In this document: positions 1 to 9,131 of the stretch, in pieces
How positions within the stretch are numbered: the stretch's first letter is position 1
Layout of the letters: every line of letters starts with the position of its first letter
Assembly: GCA_039770535.1 (NCBI GenBank)
Contig: JBDMYC010000072.1
Span: 1 to 32,798, forward strand
DNA length: 32,798 nt
Source: Flavobacteriales bacterium
GTDB taxonomy: Bacteria; Bacteroidota; Bacteroidia; Flavobacteriales_D; CAJJDF01
Reading direction: 5' to 3'
Notes under the pieces: model-generated
What the model saw: the letters and a program-made list of their open reading frames with translations, nothing else
Database searches by the model: none
What the model was told of the DNA's origin: nothing
Translations under genes and position numbers: made by a program

Positions 1-990
1 CTTTTGGCAACAAAAATTGAATTATTAGATACAACAGAAAAAAATTATCCTCTTGTTTCTTTAGATTCTGTAAGGAGCAGATCAATTTCTGAAGACGTAA
101 CTTTTCAAGGAAGTGTAAATGCGGATAAAACAATTATGCTTGGACCAGAAGCTCAAGGAATAATCAAAGCCATTTATGTAAAAGAAGGACAATATGTATC
201 TAGAGGAAAAACAATTGCAGTTTTGGATTCCGAAATATTGAGAAAAAATGTACAAGAAATAGAAAAATCTCTTGAATTAGCTGAATATTTGCTTCAAAAG
301 CAACAAAATTTGAAAGACCAAGGGTTGGGAGCAGAAGCAAGCTTTGTACAAGCCAAAAATCAGGTAGAATCATTGAAAACAAGGCTTGCTACATTGAAAA
401 CTCAAGCTGCAAAATCTACAGTGACTGCGCCATTTAGCGGATATGTAGATGAAATCTTTACTAAACTTGGTGAAATGGGCTCTCCGGCAATGCCAATATT
501 AAGGTTAGTGAATTTAGATGTAGTTGTTGTAAAAGCAGAAGTTTCTGAAGCTTATTTAATGGATATTGAAAAGGGTGACAAAGTATCATTAAATTTTCCT
601 TCGATTGAGAAAAAAATTGAAAATGCAAGAATTACAAGCATTGGGAAATTTATAAATCCAACAAACAGAACTTTTCCAATTCAAGTAGAATTGAGAAATA
701 GAGATAAGTCAATTATACCCAATTTGATTGCCGAAGTAACGGTAGAAAAAGACTTTACGAAAGATGCAATTCTTGTTCCTTCGTCAAGTGTATTGACTGA
801 TAGTGAAGGAAATAAATATGCTTACGTATATGAAAACGGAATGGTAGCAAAAAGAAAAGTAGTTGTTGTTTTTGTGAAAGGAGATTACACACAAATAAGT
901 TCAGCATCCGAAGTTAAATCTGGAGATGTTATTGTAACAAAGGGAGCAAATGGAATTGCGGACGGACAGAAAGTAACGGAATTGAAATAA
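1..990 (+). CDS. Efflux RND transporter periplasmic adaptor subunit (membrane fusion protein, HlyD family); 5'-truncated by the window edge
   Basis: Frame 1 is open from nt 1, so the TTG at nt 4 in the track is probably not the true start. A coiled-coil hairpin stretch (EILRKNVQEIEKSLELAEYLLQKQQNLKDQG...KNQVESLKTRLATLKTQ) is followed by beta-barrel and membrane-proximal regions typical of MFPs. The gene lies 19 nt upstream of an RND permease gene. Confidence 0.85.
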   Translation, partial: LLATKIELLDTTEKNYPLVSLDSVRSRSISEDVTFQGSVNADKTIMLGPEAQGIIKAIYVKEGQYVSRGKTIAVLDSEILRKNVQEIEKSLELAEYLLQKQQNLKDQGLGAEASFVQAKNQVESLKTRLATLKTQAAKSTVTAPFSGYVDEIFTKLGEMGSPAMPILRLVNLDVVVVKAEVSEAYLMDIEKGDKVSLNFPSIEKKIENARITSIGKFINPTNRTFPIQVELRNRDKSIIPNLIAEVTVEKDFTKDAILVPSSSVLTDSEGNKYAYVYENGMVAKRKVVVVFVKGDYTQISSASEVKSGDVIVTKGANGIADGQKVTELK

Positions 991-1009
991 GATTTTACAG
1001 CAAAAGATT

Positions 1010-4000
1010 ATGAACGAGATTAACGAAAAAAAGTCAGGTAAACTGAAGCAGTTTGGACTGACAACTTTATCTGTAAATAACAGAAAAACAGTCTTTTTGA
1101 TTGCATTTTTGATATTAGTTGCAGGACTTTCTGCGTATCAAAATATGCCAAAGGAAAGTTTCCCGGAATTGACAATTCCAGAGATTTATGTGGGGACACC
1201 CTATCCTGGAGGTTCTCCAGAGTTTGTGGAAGATAAAATAACGGCTCCTTTCGAGAAAGAATTTAACTCCATAAAGGGTGTGAAAGAAATTTCTTCTACT
1301 TCTATTTACGGGTATTCTTCAGTAAAAATAGAGTTTGAGTTTGACGTTTCGATTCCAGAGGGAAGGAGAAAAGTGCAAGATGCTATTGCAGATGCACGAG
1401 CAAAACCAGAGTTTCCAGCTCTTGATTTTGAGCCTACTATTCGTGAGGTTGATTTTGCAGAAATGCCAGTCATGAACGTTAATGTTTCTGGTAATTACAC
1501 TTCAGATGATTTGAAAAAATATGCTGAAATACTGGAAGACCAAATTGAAGCTTTATCCGAAATTAATGCAGTTGATATCAGAGGAATTCAGGAAAAAAAG
1601 ATAAAAATTGAATTGAAGAAATACGAAGCGGAAGCTATGCAAGTTTCGTTTCAAGATGTGCAAAACTCAATCAGAGCTGAGAACGTAACAATGCCAGGAG
1701 GAGAAATTCTACTAGGTGGAAAAAATCGTTCTGTAAGAATTGAAGGAGAGTTCAAAGATGTGGAAGAAATAAAAAACATCATTGTTAAAAGTGAAGGTGG
1801 AGCTAATGAAATTTACATGCACGAAATTGCGGATGTAACTTTTGGTGATGCCGATATGACTTCTTATGCAAGACAGTTCCAAGAACCAGTTGTGATCCTC
1901 GATATTAAGAAAAGATCGGGAGAAAACTTAATTGCAGCAGCTGCAAAAATCAAAGAAATTGTAAACGCAAGAAAAGGACTTCCAGAAGCATTGGAAGTAA
2001 GTATCACAAATGATCAATCTTCTGCTACCAAAGGAATGGTGAGTAACTTGGAGAACTCAATTATCTTAGGAATAATCTTAGTTGTATTGGTGTTGTTGTT
2101 CTTTTTAGGACTTAAAAATGCTTTGTTTGTTGGGGTTGCAATTCCACTTTCTATGTTTATGTCATTTATGATATTGGACTCAATGGGAATTACATTAAAT
2201 ACAATGGTATTGTTCTCCTTGGTACTTGCATTAGGAATGTTAGTTGATAACGGAATTGTAGTAGTAGAAAACGTCTATCGATTGATGGATGAAGGGTACA
2301 ATAGCATAAACGCAGCAAAATATGGAGTAGGGGAAGTGGCACTGCCAATTATTGCTTCTACCGCAACAACACTTGCAGCCTTTGTTCCTTTAGCTATTTG
2401 GCCAGGATTGATTGGTGAGTTTATGAAATATTTACCACTTACCTTAATGATAGTATTAGGATCTTCTTTGTTTATTGCTTTAGTCATAAACCCAGTATTT
2501 GCTGCGGTTTGGATGAGTATAGAGCAAAAAAATCCAAACAAAAAAAGGTTGATACTGTTTGCAATTATCGCTATTGGATTAGGATTATTATTAGCAATTG
2601 GTGGAGTTACCGTATTAAGTAACTTATTGATAGTAGGTGGTGTTCTTACATTTGTGAATATGTATTTATTTACGCCAGGAACTAAAAAGTTCCAAGAAAA
2701 TGCTCTTCCCAAAATGGAGAATTGGTACGAGAGGTTTCTTAAAAAGTCTATGAATTCTCCAAGGATAATCTTGATAGGAACGATTGGATTATTGTTCTTT
2801 TCTATCTTTTTGACGGTTGCATTTCCGCCAAAAGTATTATTCTTTCCAGAAAACGAACCTTTGTATGCCAATGTTTACATAGAAACTCCAATTGGAACGG
2901 ATATAAAAGTAACGGATGCAATTACAAAAGATGTAGAGGCAATAATTGATTCTACAGTGTATCAAAAATACAAAGACTGTATTTATTTGGCAGAGGAGGA
3001 TTCTGCAGGAGTAAGTGTTGAGGTAGAAAAACCCTTTATTTCGTCAATTTTGGCACAAGTAGGAGAGGGAACTTCCGATCCAGCTTCTGGGCAAATGGGA
3101 GGAGGAAGTACTCCGCACAAAGCCAGAGTTGCTGTTCAGTTTGCCGATTTTGAGCATAGATTTCACCCAAAAACCGGTAAAATTTTAAGTTCTCAGAAAG
3201 TGCTAGACGAATTGAGAGAAGCACTTAAAGGAAAATTCACGGCTGATGTGAGTATCGTAATTACAAAAAATCAAAACGGTCCACCACAAGACCCACCAAT
3301 TAATATCGAGGTCTGGGGTCCCGGAGATTACGACCAAACGATTGCTAATTCTCAAAAAATACTAAGAAGCTTAACTGACGGTAATGTAAGAGGAATAGAA
3401 AAGCTTAGGTTGGATGTTGAAACTGGAAAGCCAGAATTATTGCTGGAAGTTGACAGAAACAAAGCAATTCGTTTTGGATTATCTACTCAGCAAATTGGTT
3501 CTACAATCCGTACTGCGATTTTTGGAAGTGATGTTTCTACGTTCAAAAAAGAGGACGAAACTTATGACATTAACATTAGGTTGAACGAAGCAAAAAGAAA
3601 TGATATCGATCAAATATTGGATCAAAAAATCGCATTTAGAAATAACAAAGGTGCTTTGCTAAATATTCCAATAAGATCAGTAATCAAGAACACAAAAGAA
3701 AGATCTACATACGGTTCTGTGATAAGAAAAGACTTAGATCAAGTAGTTACCATATTTTCGGATGTAACCTCTGAAGCCAATGGAAATGAAGTAGTCTCGA
3801 TTCTTAAAAAGAACCTAGAGAAATGGAAAAAGAGTGACGAAGGGAAGAAATTTACTGCAGATGGATACGAATTCAAATTTACGGGTGGACAAGAGCAACA
3901 AGCCGAAGAAATGAGTTTCTTGGGAGGAGCACTAATGTTTGCTTTGTTTTTGATATTCTTCATAATCGTGATGCAATTTAATTCATTTTCTGCACCAGTT

Positions 4001-4582
4001 GTTATTTTATCAGCAGTAGTGTTGAGTTTGATTGGTGTATTTTTAGGTTTATTCATTGCAGGTAGTGATTTCATTATTATCATGACAATGATTGGAATTA
4101 TATCCCTTGCAGGAGTTGTAGTAAACAATGCAATTGTATTGCTTGATTACACGAACCTGATTAGAGACCGAAAGAAAGAAGAGTTAGGAATTGCAGAAGA
4201 TGAATGGTTACCAGATAATTTGGTTCTGGAGTCCATAATCGAAGGAGGAAAAACAAGGTTGCGTCCAGTATTGTTAACAGCAATTACTACAGTTCTTGGT
4301 TTATTGCCAATGGCAATTGGATTAAATATTGATTTCATAGGATTATTATCTAAATATGACCCAAATATTTATTTTGGTGGAGATAATGCTATGTTTTTTG
4401 GTCCATTAAGTCAGACTATTATATATGGATTAACCTTTGCGACTTTCCTTACTTTAGTTCTTGTTCCTATTATGTACTATTTATTGTACAGGATGAAAAG
4501 AGGAATCTATGACAAGTCGGATTGGAAAGGCGAAGGAACTATAATAGAAGAAGGAGAATCTGATTTATTGGTGGAAGATTAA
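1010..4582 (+). CDS. Efflux RND transporter permease subunit (AcrB/CzcA superfamily), 1190 aa
   Basis: Classical RND layout. TM1 is followed by a large periplasmic loop, then a TM2-6 cluster (GLKNALFVGVAIPLSMFMSFMIL, LALGMLVDNGIVVVENV). A second large loop and the TM8-12 cluster (ISLAGVVVNNAIVLLDY, RLRPVLLTAITTVLGLLPMA) follow. It sits immediately downstream of the adaptor gene. Confidence 0.95.
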   Translation: MNEINEKKSGKLKQFGLTTLSVNNRKTVFLIAFLILVAGLSAYQNMPKESFPELTIPEIYVGTPYPGGSPEFVEDKITAPFEKEFNSIKGVKEISSTSIYGYSSVKIEFEFDVSIPEGRRKVQDAIADARAKPEFPALDFEPTIREVDFAEMPVMNVNVSGNYTSDDLKKYAEILEDQIEALSEINAVDIRGIQEKKIKIELKKYEAEAMQVSFQDVQNSIRAENVTMPGGEILLGGKNRSVRIEGEFKDVEEIKNIIVKSEGGANEIYMHEIADVTFGDADMTSYARQFQEPVVILDIKKRSGENLIAAAAKIKEIVNARKGLPEALEVSITNDQSSATKGMVSNLENSIILGIILVVLVLLFFLGLKNALFVGVAIPLSMFMSFMILDSMGITLNTMVLFSLVLALGMLVDNGIVVVENVYRLMDEGYNSINAAKYGVGEVALPIIASTATTLAAFVPLAIWPGLIGEFMKYLPLTLMIVLGSSLFIALVINPVFAAVWMSIEQKNPNKKRLILFAIIAIGLGLLLAIGGVTVLSNLLIVGGVLTFVNMYLFTPGTKKFQENALPKMENWYERFLKKSMNSPRIILIGTIGLLFFSIFLTVAFPPKVLFFPENEPLYANVYIETPIGTDIKVTDAITKDVEAIIDSTVYQKYKDCIYLAEEDSAGVSVEVEKPFISSILAQVGEGTSDPASGQMGGGSTPHKARVAVQFADFEHRFHPKTGKILSSQKVLDELREALKGKFTADVSIVITKNQNGPPQDPPINIEVWGPGDYDQTIANSQKILRSLTDGNVRGIEKLRLDVETGKPELLLEVDRNKAIRFGLSTQQIGSTIRTAIFGSDVSTFKKEDETYDINIRLNEAKRNDIDQILDQKIAFRNNKGALLNIPIRSVIKNTKERSTYGSVIRKDLDQVVTIFSDVTSEANGNEVVSILKKNLEKWKKSDEGKKFTADGYEFKFTGGQEQQAEEMSFLGGALMFALFLIFFIIVMQFNSFSAPVVILSAVVLSLIGVFLGLFIAGSDFIIIMTMIGIISLAGVVVNNAIVLLDYTNLIRDRKKEELGIAEDEWLPDNLVLESIIEGGKTRLRPVLLTAITTVLGLLPMAIGLNIDFIGLLSKYDPNIYFGGDNAMFFGPLSQTIIYGLTFATFLTLVLVPIMYYLLYRMKRGIYDKSDWKGEGTIIEEGESDLLVED

Positions 4583-4600
4583 ATCTAGGTACAAAGTAAT

Positions 4601-4635
4601 AAAAACCATCTCGGTTTCCGAGGTGGTTTTTTTTT
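4601..4635 (+). terminator. Rho-independent terminator after the RND operon
   Basis: ACCATCTCGG (4605-4614) pairs with CCGAGGTGGT (4618-4627): 10 bp including one G-U pair, with a 3-nt loop. A run of 9 T follows. It lies 19 nt after the TAA stop. Confidence 0.75.
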
Positions 4636-4697
4636 GTGTTTTATAATTTTTTAGGGATTAAAAAGTCCTTATCATTGTCGCTTGAAAAAGAAAAACT

Positions 4698-6605
4698 ATG
4701 AAAAAATTATTATTTGCTTTCGTTTTATTGTCATTTTCTACAATGGCTCAGGATACAATTAAACCTGTAGTTAAAATTGACCCATCTACCGTCACTATTA
4801 AAGAGTATAAAGTTTCTGGAGAAAGAATCAAGAATACTTACGAAGAAGAGGGGAAATCTGTGCTAGTAATTAGCAAAGAACAAATTAAAAATACGCCAGC
4901 TGTTAGTGTGGCAGAAATCTTGGTGCAACACGCAGGAGTTGACATTAGGCAAAGAGGAGCAAATGGAGTGCAAGCTGATATTGGAATAAGAGGTAGTACT
5001 TTTGACCAAGTTCTTATTTTGCTAAACGGAGTGAGAATGAGTGATCCACAAACGGGTCACAACTCATTGAATATTCCAGTGGATGTTTCGGCAATTGAGA
5101 GAATTGAGGTAATAAAAGGAGCAGGGGCAAGAGTTTACGGACAAAATTCTTTGGCTGGAGTGGTTAATATTATCACCAAGAATCCTGACAATACTTTTAT
5201 TTCATCTAGGCTTACGGCTGGAGATTTTAATTTGCAAGATTACGCAGTTTCTGCAGGGCTTAAGTTAAAAAAAACAAGCCATCTTCTTTCCATGAATAGG
5301 AATAGTGCTGATGGTTATAAATACAACACGGATTATTCTATTGCAAATTATTACTACTCAGGAGAATGGAAAGTTAACTGCCGTAGTTGTAAAGTTGGAA
5401 AGTCTGAGAGAAGAGAAATGTATAAAACAAAACTATCTTGGCAAGCAGGATTTACTGAGAAGAAATTTGGAGCCAATGGATTTTATTCCTCTCCTGATTT
5501 CAGAGACCAGTATGAAGAAACTCAAACCAGCTTAATTTCGGCTCAATTAAATGGAAATATTACTAAGAACATTGCTTATTCTGTGCGTGCAAATTGGAGA
5601 AGAGCGCAAGATAAGTATGTATTTCTGCGTGATGACCCTTCTTTTTTTAGAAATCACCACATCAATAATATTGGAGGAATCGCTTTTAACTCAACCAGCA
5701 GAAATAAATTTGGAGTTACTGGTTTCGGATTCGATTTCAGTAAGATTTGGATTGTGAGTAATAACCTTGGGAAAAGACAGAGAAGGATCCAAACCTTCTT
5801 TCTAGAGCATAAGCTTAGTTTATTAAAAAACAGACTAAATATTACTCCAGGAATTCAAGCTAGTTATTATTCAGATGTGGATGGGGTGGTATTACCAGGA
5901 ATTGATGCTAATTTCAAACTAAACAAAAGATTTAATTTCTTTGCGACAGCCGGATATACTTACCGTGTTCCGACCTACACAGATTTATATTATGTGAGTA
6001 GAACCAACATTGGAAACCCAGATTTGAATCCTGAGATTGCTCTGTCTTACGAAGCAGGATTCAGACATTCTCACAAAGGAATTACTGGACAAGTCAGTTA
6101 TTTTGTTCGTGATGGAAATAACATTATTGACTGGACAAGAGCTTCGGAAACAGAACCTTGGCAGCCAAATAATTTGATTAAATTAAATACATCTGGATTG
6201 GATGTAGATGTGAATATAAACTTCCAAACTGCGTTCAATAATAAAATCCCTGTGCTTACAAGCATGAATTTAGGATATGTAAATTTAGATCAATCTACTT
6301 CTGTGGATAATGGTTTGTTATCACGATATGCACTAGAAAACTTGAAACATCAATTTACTTCAAGTCTAACTTTGACATATATGAAAGGATTAACTCACAC
6401 AATTCTTTACAGGTATAGCGACAGAGTGAATCTAGACGATTATTCAATAGTTGATACGAAAATAGCTTATGACAATGGTAAATTTCTAGTATTTGGTGAA
6501 ATTTCAAATTTATTAAACCAAAAATACCAAGAAACAAACCTAGTCGTGATGCCAGGAAGATGGTTTAGAATAGGAGTTGGGTATACTCTTGGTAAAGGTT
6601 TGTAA
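4698..6605 (+). CDS. TonB-dependent outer-membrane receptor (plug plus beta-barrel), 635 aa
   Basis: Signal peptide MKKLLFAFVLLSFSTMAQ. Plug-domain motifs are present (PAVSVAEILVQHAGVDIRQRGANGVQADIGIRGSTFDQVLILLNGVRMSDPQTGH, IERIEVIKGAGARVYGQNSLAGVVNIITK). A long alternating beta-strand barrel region follows. Confidence 0.9.
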   Translation: MKKLLFAFVLLSFSTMAQDTIKPVVKIDPSTVTIKEYKVSGERIKNTYEEEGKSVLVISKEQIKNTPAVSVAEILVQHAGVDIRQRGANGVQADIGIRGSTFDQVLILLNGVRMSDPQTGHNSLNIPVDVSAIERIEVIKGAGARVYGQNSLAGVVNIITKNPDNTFISSRLTAGDFNLQDYAVSAGLKLKKTSHLLSMNRNSADGYKYNTDYSIANYYYSGEWKVNCRSCKVGKSERREMYKTKLSWQAGFTEKKFGANGFYSSPDFRDQYEETQTSLISAQLNGNITKNIAYSVRANWRRAQDKYVFLRDDPSFFRNHHINNIGGIAFNSTSRNKFGVTGFGFDFSKIWIVSNNLGKRQRRIQTFFLEHKLSLLKNRLNITPGIQASYYSDVDGVVLPGIDANFKLNKRFNFFATAGYTYRVPTYTDLYYVSRTNIGNPDLNPEIALSYEAGFRHSHKGITGQVSYFVRDGNNIIDWTRASETEPWQPNNLIKLNTSGLDVDVNINFQTAFNNKIPVLTSMNLGYVNLDQSTSVDNGLLSRYALENLKHQFTSSLTLTYMKGLTHTILYRYSDRVNLDDYSIVDTKIAYDNGKFLVFGEISNLLNQKYQETNLVVMPGRWFRIGVGYTLGKGL

Positions 6606-6607
6606 AC

Positions 6608-7177
6608 CTAGCAACAAGTTACTTTCAGTCTTTGCTTTTGCCACATATTTCTTCCTGCAGGAAAAGCGAGTGTCACATGCAATAGCCCCATAATAACAGC
6701 TCCAGGAATTGCCTGAATTGCTACAAAATCAAAAACAGCCTTTGCAGTACTTTCTGCAAAGACTGTTTTGAATTCTAATCCAGTTTCGGTTAGGGTTAAT
6801 TTTACTCCTAAAACCATAACAATTGCCGCAAAATGAAATCCATTTGCAAATAGATGAATAATGTATTCCCACCTTGGCAAACCGCCAATGTTTTTTCGAG
6901 AATCTTTTTCTGAAAATGCATCAATACTTAGAGTTAAAAAATCAACAACAACCAGAGCTATTCCGATCCAAAAACTGAGCGGATCATTATTAACAAATAA
7001 AAACCAAACAATGAGCGGAAAAAGAATTGCTCTTACCGTGTGTGTTTTGTGCTCGAAGTAGCTTTCTTCTCTGGTGTGTAATTGATATTTCCATAGATGA
7101 AGGTAGATACCGTCATAGACTGCAATAGCCATGAAAAAGATGACACAAATAGCGATTAAATAATATAAGATTTCCAT
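6608..7177 (-). CDS. Hypothetical His-rich integral membrane protein (about 5 TM), 189 aa from ATG 7177
   Basis: The track ORF extends to 7249, but the hydrophobic N-terminus MEILYYLIAICVIFFMAIAV starts at the ATG at 7175-7177. There are five hydrophobic segments. Clustered His residues occur in HLWKYQLHTREESYFEHKTH and IIHLFANGFH. The C-terminus is ...VTCC. No family recognised. Confidence 0.6.
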   Translation of the reverse strand: MEILYYLIAICVIFFMAIAVYDGIYLHLWKYQLHTREESYFEHKTHTVRAILFPLIVWFLFVNNDPLSFWIGIALVVVDFLTLSIDAFSEKDSRKNIGGLPRWEYIIHLFANGFHFAAIVMVLGVKLTLTETGLEFKTVFAESTAKAVFDFVAIQAIPGAVIMGLLHVTLAFPAGRNMWQKQRLKVTCC

Positions 7178-7256
7178 TTTATATTTTTGTTTAAATTGAT
7201 TTAAACAAAAGTGCGAGAATGGAATGAGATAAAAATTGACAAATGTCAATAAAAGT

Positions 7257-7838
7257 CTAAAGCTTAATTTTTGCTCTTATTCTGCTCAAAGTCTCTTTGG
7301 TAATTCCCAAATAGGAAGCAATGTGATAATTGGAAACTCTTTGAATGATTTGCGGTTCGTTTTCAATCAGATTTTGATATTTTCCAAGAGCGGTTTCAAA
7401 ACTCATTTCATTTGCTCTGTTTGAAAGCCTCAAGCATTCCTGTTCAGTTAGTTTTGATCTCAATTTTGCCCAGGCATTACTTTCTTCGCTTAGTTTCTTC
7501 ACGTTAGCAATAGAAAGTGTTATAAGTATTGAATCCTCCAGAGCTTGAATGTTTTCATGAGTTGGAATATCATTCACAAAACTATCAAAAGAAGAAATGA
7601 TACTATTCTCAAAACAAAAGCAGGTGTTTAGTTCCTCTCCGTTTTTTCTCAGATAAATTCTGAAAAGACCTTGGTTAATAAAACCAATATGTTTGCAATA
7701 ATTGCCTTCTGTTATAAAATGTTCTCCTTTTTTAATTTCTCTTTTTTCTAAATAGGGGAGAACTAATTCCAAGTCTGCTTGTTCGATTCCTGAAAGGCTA
7801 GAAAACTGCTTGTAAAAGGATGAAAATTCAAAATCCAT
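7257..7838 (-). CDS. Crp/Fnr family transcriptional regulator (cNMP-binding-like domain plus C-terminal HTH)
   Basis: N-terminal beta-roll pattern (KKGEHFITEGNYCKHIGFINQGLFRIYLRKNGEELNTCF) and C-terminal HTH (RVSNYHIASYLGITKETLSRIRAK). The 193-aa size is typical of the family. Confidence 0.85.
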   Translation of the reverse strand: MDFEFSSFYKQFSSLSGIEQADLELVLPYLEKREIKKGEHFITEGNYCKHIGFINQGLFRIYLRKNGEELNTCFCFENSIISSFDSFVNDIPTHENIQALEDSILITLSIANVKKLSEESNAWAKLRSKLTEQECLRLSNRANEMSFETALGKYQNLIENEPQIIQRVSNYHIASYLGITKETLSRIRAKIKL

Positions 7839-7851
7839 TGAAATTCAGTGA

Positions 7852-8193
7852 TTATTTTGTTTTCAAAACTGCAATCAATTCCTCCGTAGAATTAATTTCG
7901 TTCAGTTCATCAGGAGAGATAAGTTGATTCAAATTATCATTAACTAGTTCAAATACAGCTGGATAGTTCTTTCTGTCGTGAATCCTTTCGAATTCATCAA
8001 TGTGTAAAAACTCTAAATCATGTTTGCTGGTTTCTCTGAAATCAATCCACTCTTTCTTTTCGCTAAAATTATTGTGCGTCAACTTACATAAATTACAATT
8101 GTATGTGGCAGGACTAATTATTTTGTGCGCAAAATCAAAGGCTGAATTCAAAATGTCTGACTTTGCATTGTAGACGAAAAGGAGTTTGCTCAT
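7852..8193 (-). CDS. Small conserved-looking hypothetical protein with a single CxxC (YNCNLCKLTH), 113 aa
   Basis: Clean ORF. Its ATG (8191-8193) overlaps the TGA of the upstream gene (8190-8192) in an ATGA arrangement. It lies 13 nt upstream of the Crp/Fnr gene. Function not recognised. Confidence 0.6.
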   Translation of the reverse strand: MSKLLFVYNAKSDILNSAFDFAHKIISPATYNCNLCKLTHNNFSEKKEWIDFRETSKHDLEFLHIDEFERIHDRKNYPAVFELVNDNLNQLISPDELNEINSTEELIAVLKTK

Positions 8194-9080
8194 TTTTTAA
8201 TTTCTTTTTTAAAGTATTCTGTGTACGGTTTTTCAACTGGTAACGAACCTCTTACGACAAAGTTATTGTCAAACTCAAAATAGCGAGCTTCTTTTTGTCC
8301 TTTCAACTCATACTCCACAAAAAGATGAGAGCCAATTTTTTCTCCTTCATCTTTTATCAGTTCTATTTTTGAGTAAGCAAGAACTTTAATTTCTTTACTA
8401 ATGTTTCTTCTTAGCCAGTTTTGGGAAATAATTCTTCGTACAACTACAGTGTCCAAAAATCCATACCTTGCAATTGTCGCATGAGTAGCTAAGGCGGTTT
8501 CCATGGAAGCGATTCTATCTAAAGTATCAGTTAGGATTAGGTTATCTAGGTAAGCATAGCAGTTGTCATTTTCTTCTACATCATCAATAAGTAGAGTACT
8601 TCTGCGGTAATAATTGTAGAACCAATCGTATTCATTTCCCACAAATTCAAACTTCATGATTTGTTCGATATCTTTTATTTTTCCATCAGGAAACAATTCA
8701 AAATTGTAGAAATTGAGCGTGTTTTCTTGTCCATCTTCAATCACAAAAGAGTGTTTGATGTCGTAAGTAGAAAATAATTTCTTTGCTTTTACTGCCGCTA
8801 CTTTTAAACTTGTGAGCGAATCGTAATGAGATAATGAGCTGTCAGTGAGCAAATTGTTTTTTCTCAACACATTAACTTTATATTTTAGCTGATCAATTTC
8901 TAAGATTTGTGGAGGAGTGGTTTTGTATAAATCCTCAAACCCAAAAGATTTATATTTCTCTTTGGTATAAATTTTTACTAGGTACTCTTTAACCATTTTT
9001 TCAGCTCTATCTTGTGCTGTGTATTGCCCATAGCTTAACCCAAAGTTGAGTGCTAGAATAAGTGTGACTATTTTTTTCAT
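8190..9080 (-). CDS. Hypothetical secreted protein, 296 aa
   Basis: N-terminal signal peptide MKKIVTLILALNFGLSYGQ. No recognisable catalytic motif. Translationally coupled to the downstream CxxC ORF. Confidence 0.6.
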   Translation of the reverse strand: MKKIVTLILALNFGLSYGQYTAQDRAEKMVKEYLVKIYTKEKYKSFGFEDLYKTTPPQILEIDQLKYKVNVLRKNNLLTDSSLSHYDSLTSLKVAAVKAKKLFSTYDIKHSFVIEDGQENTLNFYNFELFPDGKIKDIEQIMKFEFVGNEYDWFYNYYRRSTLLIDDVEENDNCYAYLDNLILTDTLDRIASMETALATHATIARYGFLDTVVVRRIISQNWLRRNISKEIKVLAYSKIELIKDEGEKIGSHLFVEYELKGQKEARYFEFDNNFVVRGSLPVEKPYTEYFKKEIKK

Positions 9081-9131
9081 TGTTTTTCTTAACTTTATTT
9101 CACAAATGAGGGAGCAAAAAGTGTTCCAATG

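Noticed and set aside
2275-2871. 198-aa minus-strand ORF, along with other antisense ORFs at 200-382, 3036-3224, 3739-4128 and 4147-4338 inside the RND adaptor and pump genes.
   Set aside because: They lie entirely antisense to strongly supported CDSs. Their translations are low-complexity with no motifs. Long antisense ORFs are expected opposite AT-rich coding sequence.
4583-4697. Possible cobalamin or other riboswitch upstream of the TonB-dependent receptor.
   Set aside because: The gap is only 115 nt, and about 35 nt of it is the RND terminator hairpin. What remains is AT-rich and lacks a B12-box-like conserved core, so it is too short for a cobalamin aptamer.
5305-5757. Two + strand ORFs (76 and 68 aa) in alternative frames inside the TonB receptor gene, plus 6355-6537 (-), 6861-7061 (+) and 7236-7424 (+).
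   Set aside because: They are out-of-frame overlaps with well-supported genes, and their translations look like frame-shifted noise.
6596-6609. AGGTTT-GT-AAACCT palindrome spanning the two convergent stop codons at 6605/6608, considered as a possible terminator.
   Set aside because: It is a 6-bp AT-rich stem with a 2-nt loop and no flanking U-tract, too weak to act as an intrinsic terminator.
7178-7249. N-terminal 24-aa extension of the membrane protein ORF (MTFVNFYLIPFSHFCLNQFKQKYK).
   Set aside because: The hydrophobic TM1 begins right at the internal ATG (7177). The extension would leave only 7 nt after the Crp gene and has an odd composition. The shorter start is preferred, though not proven.
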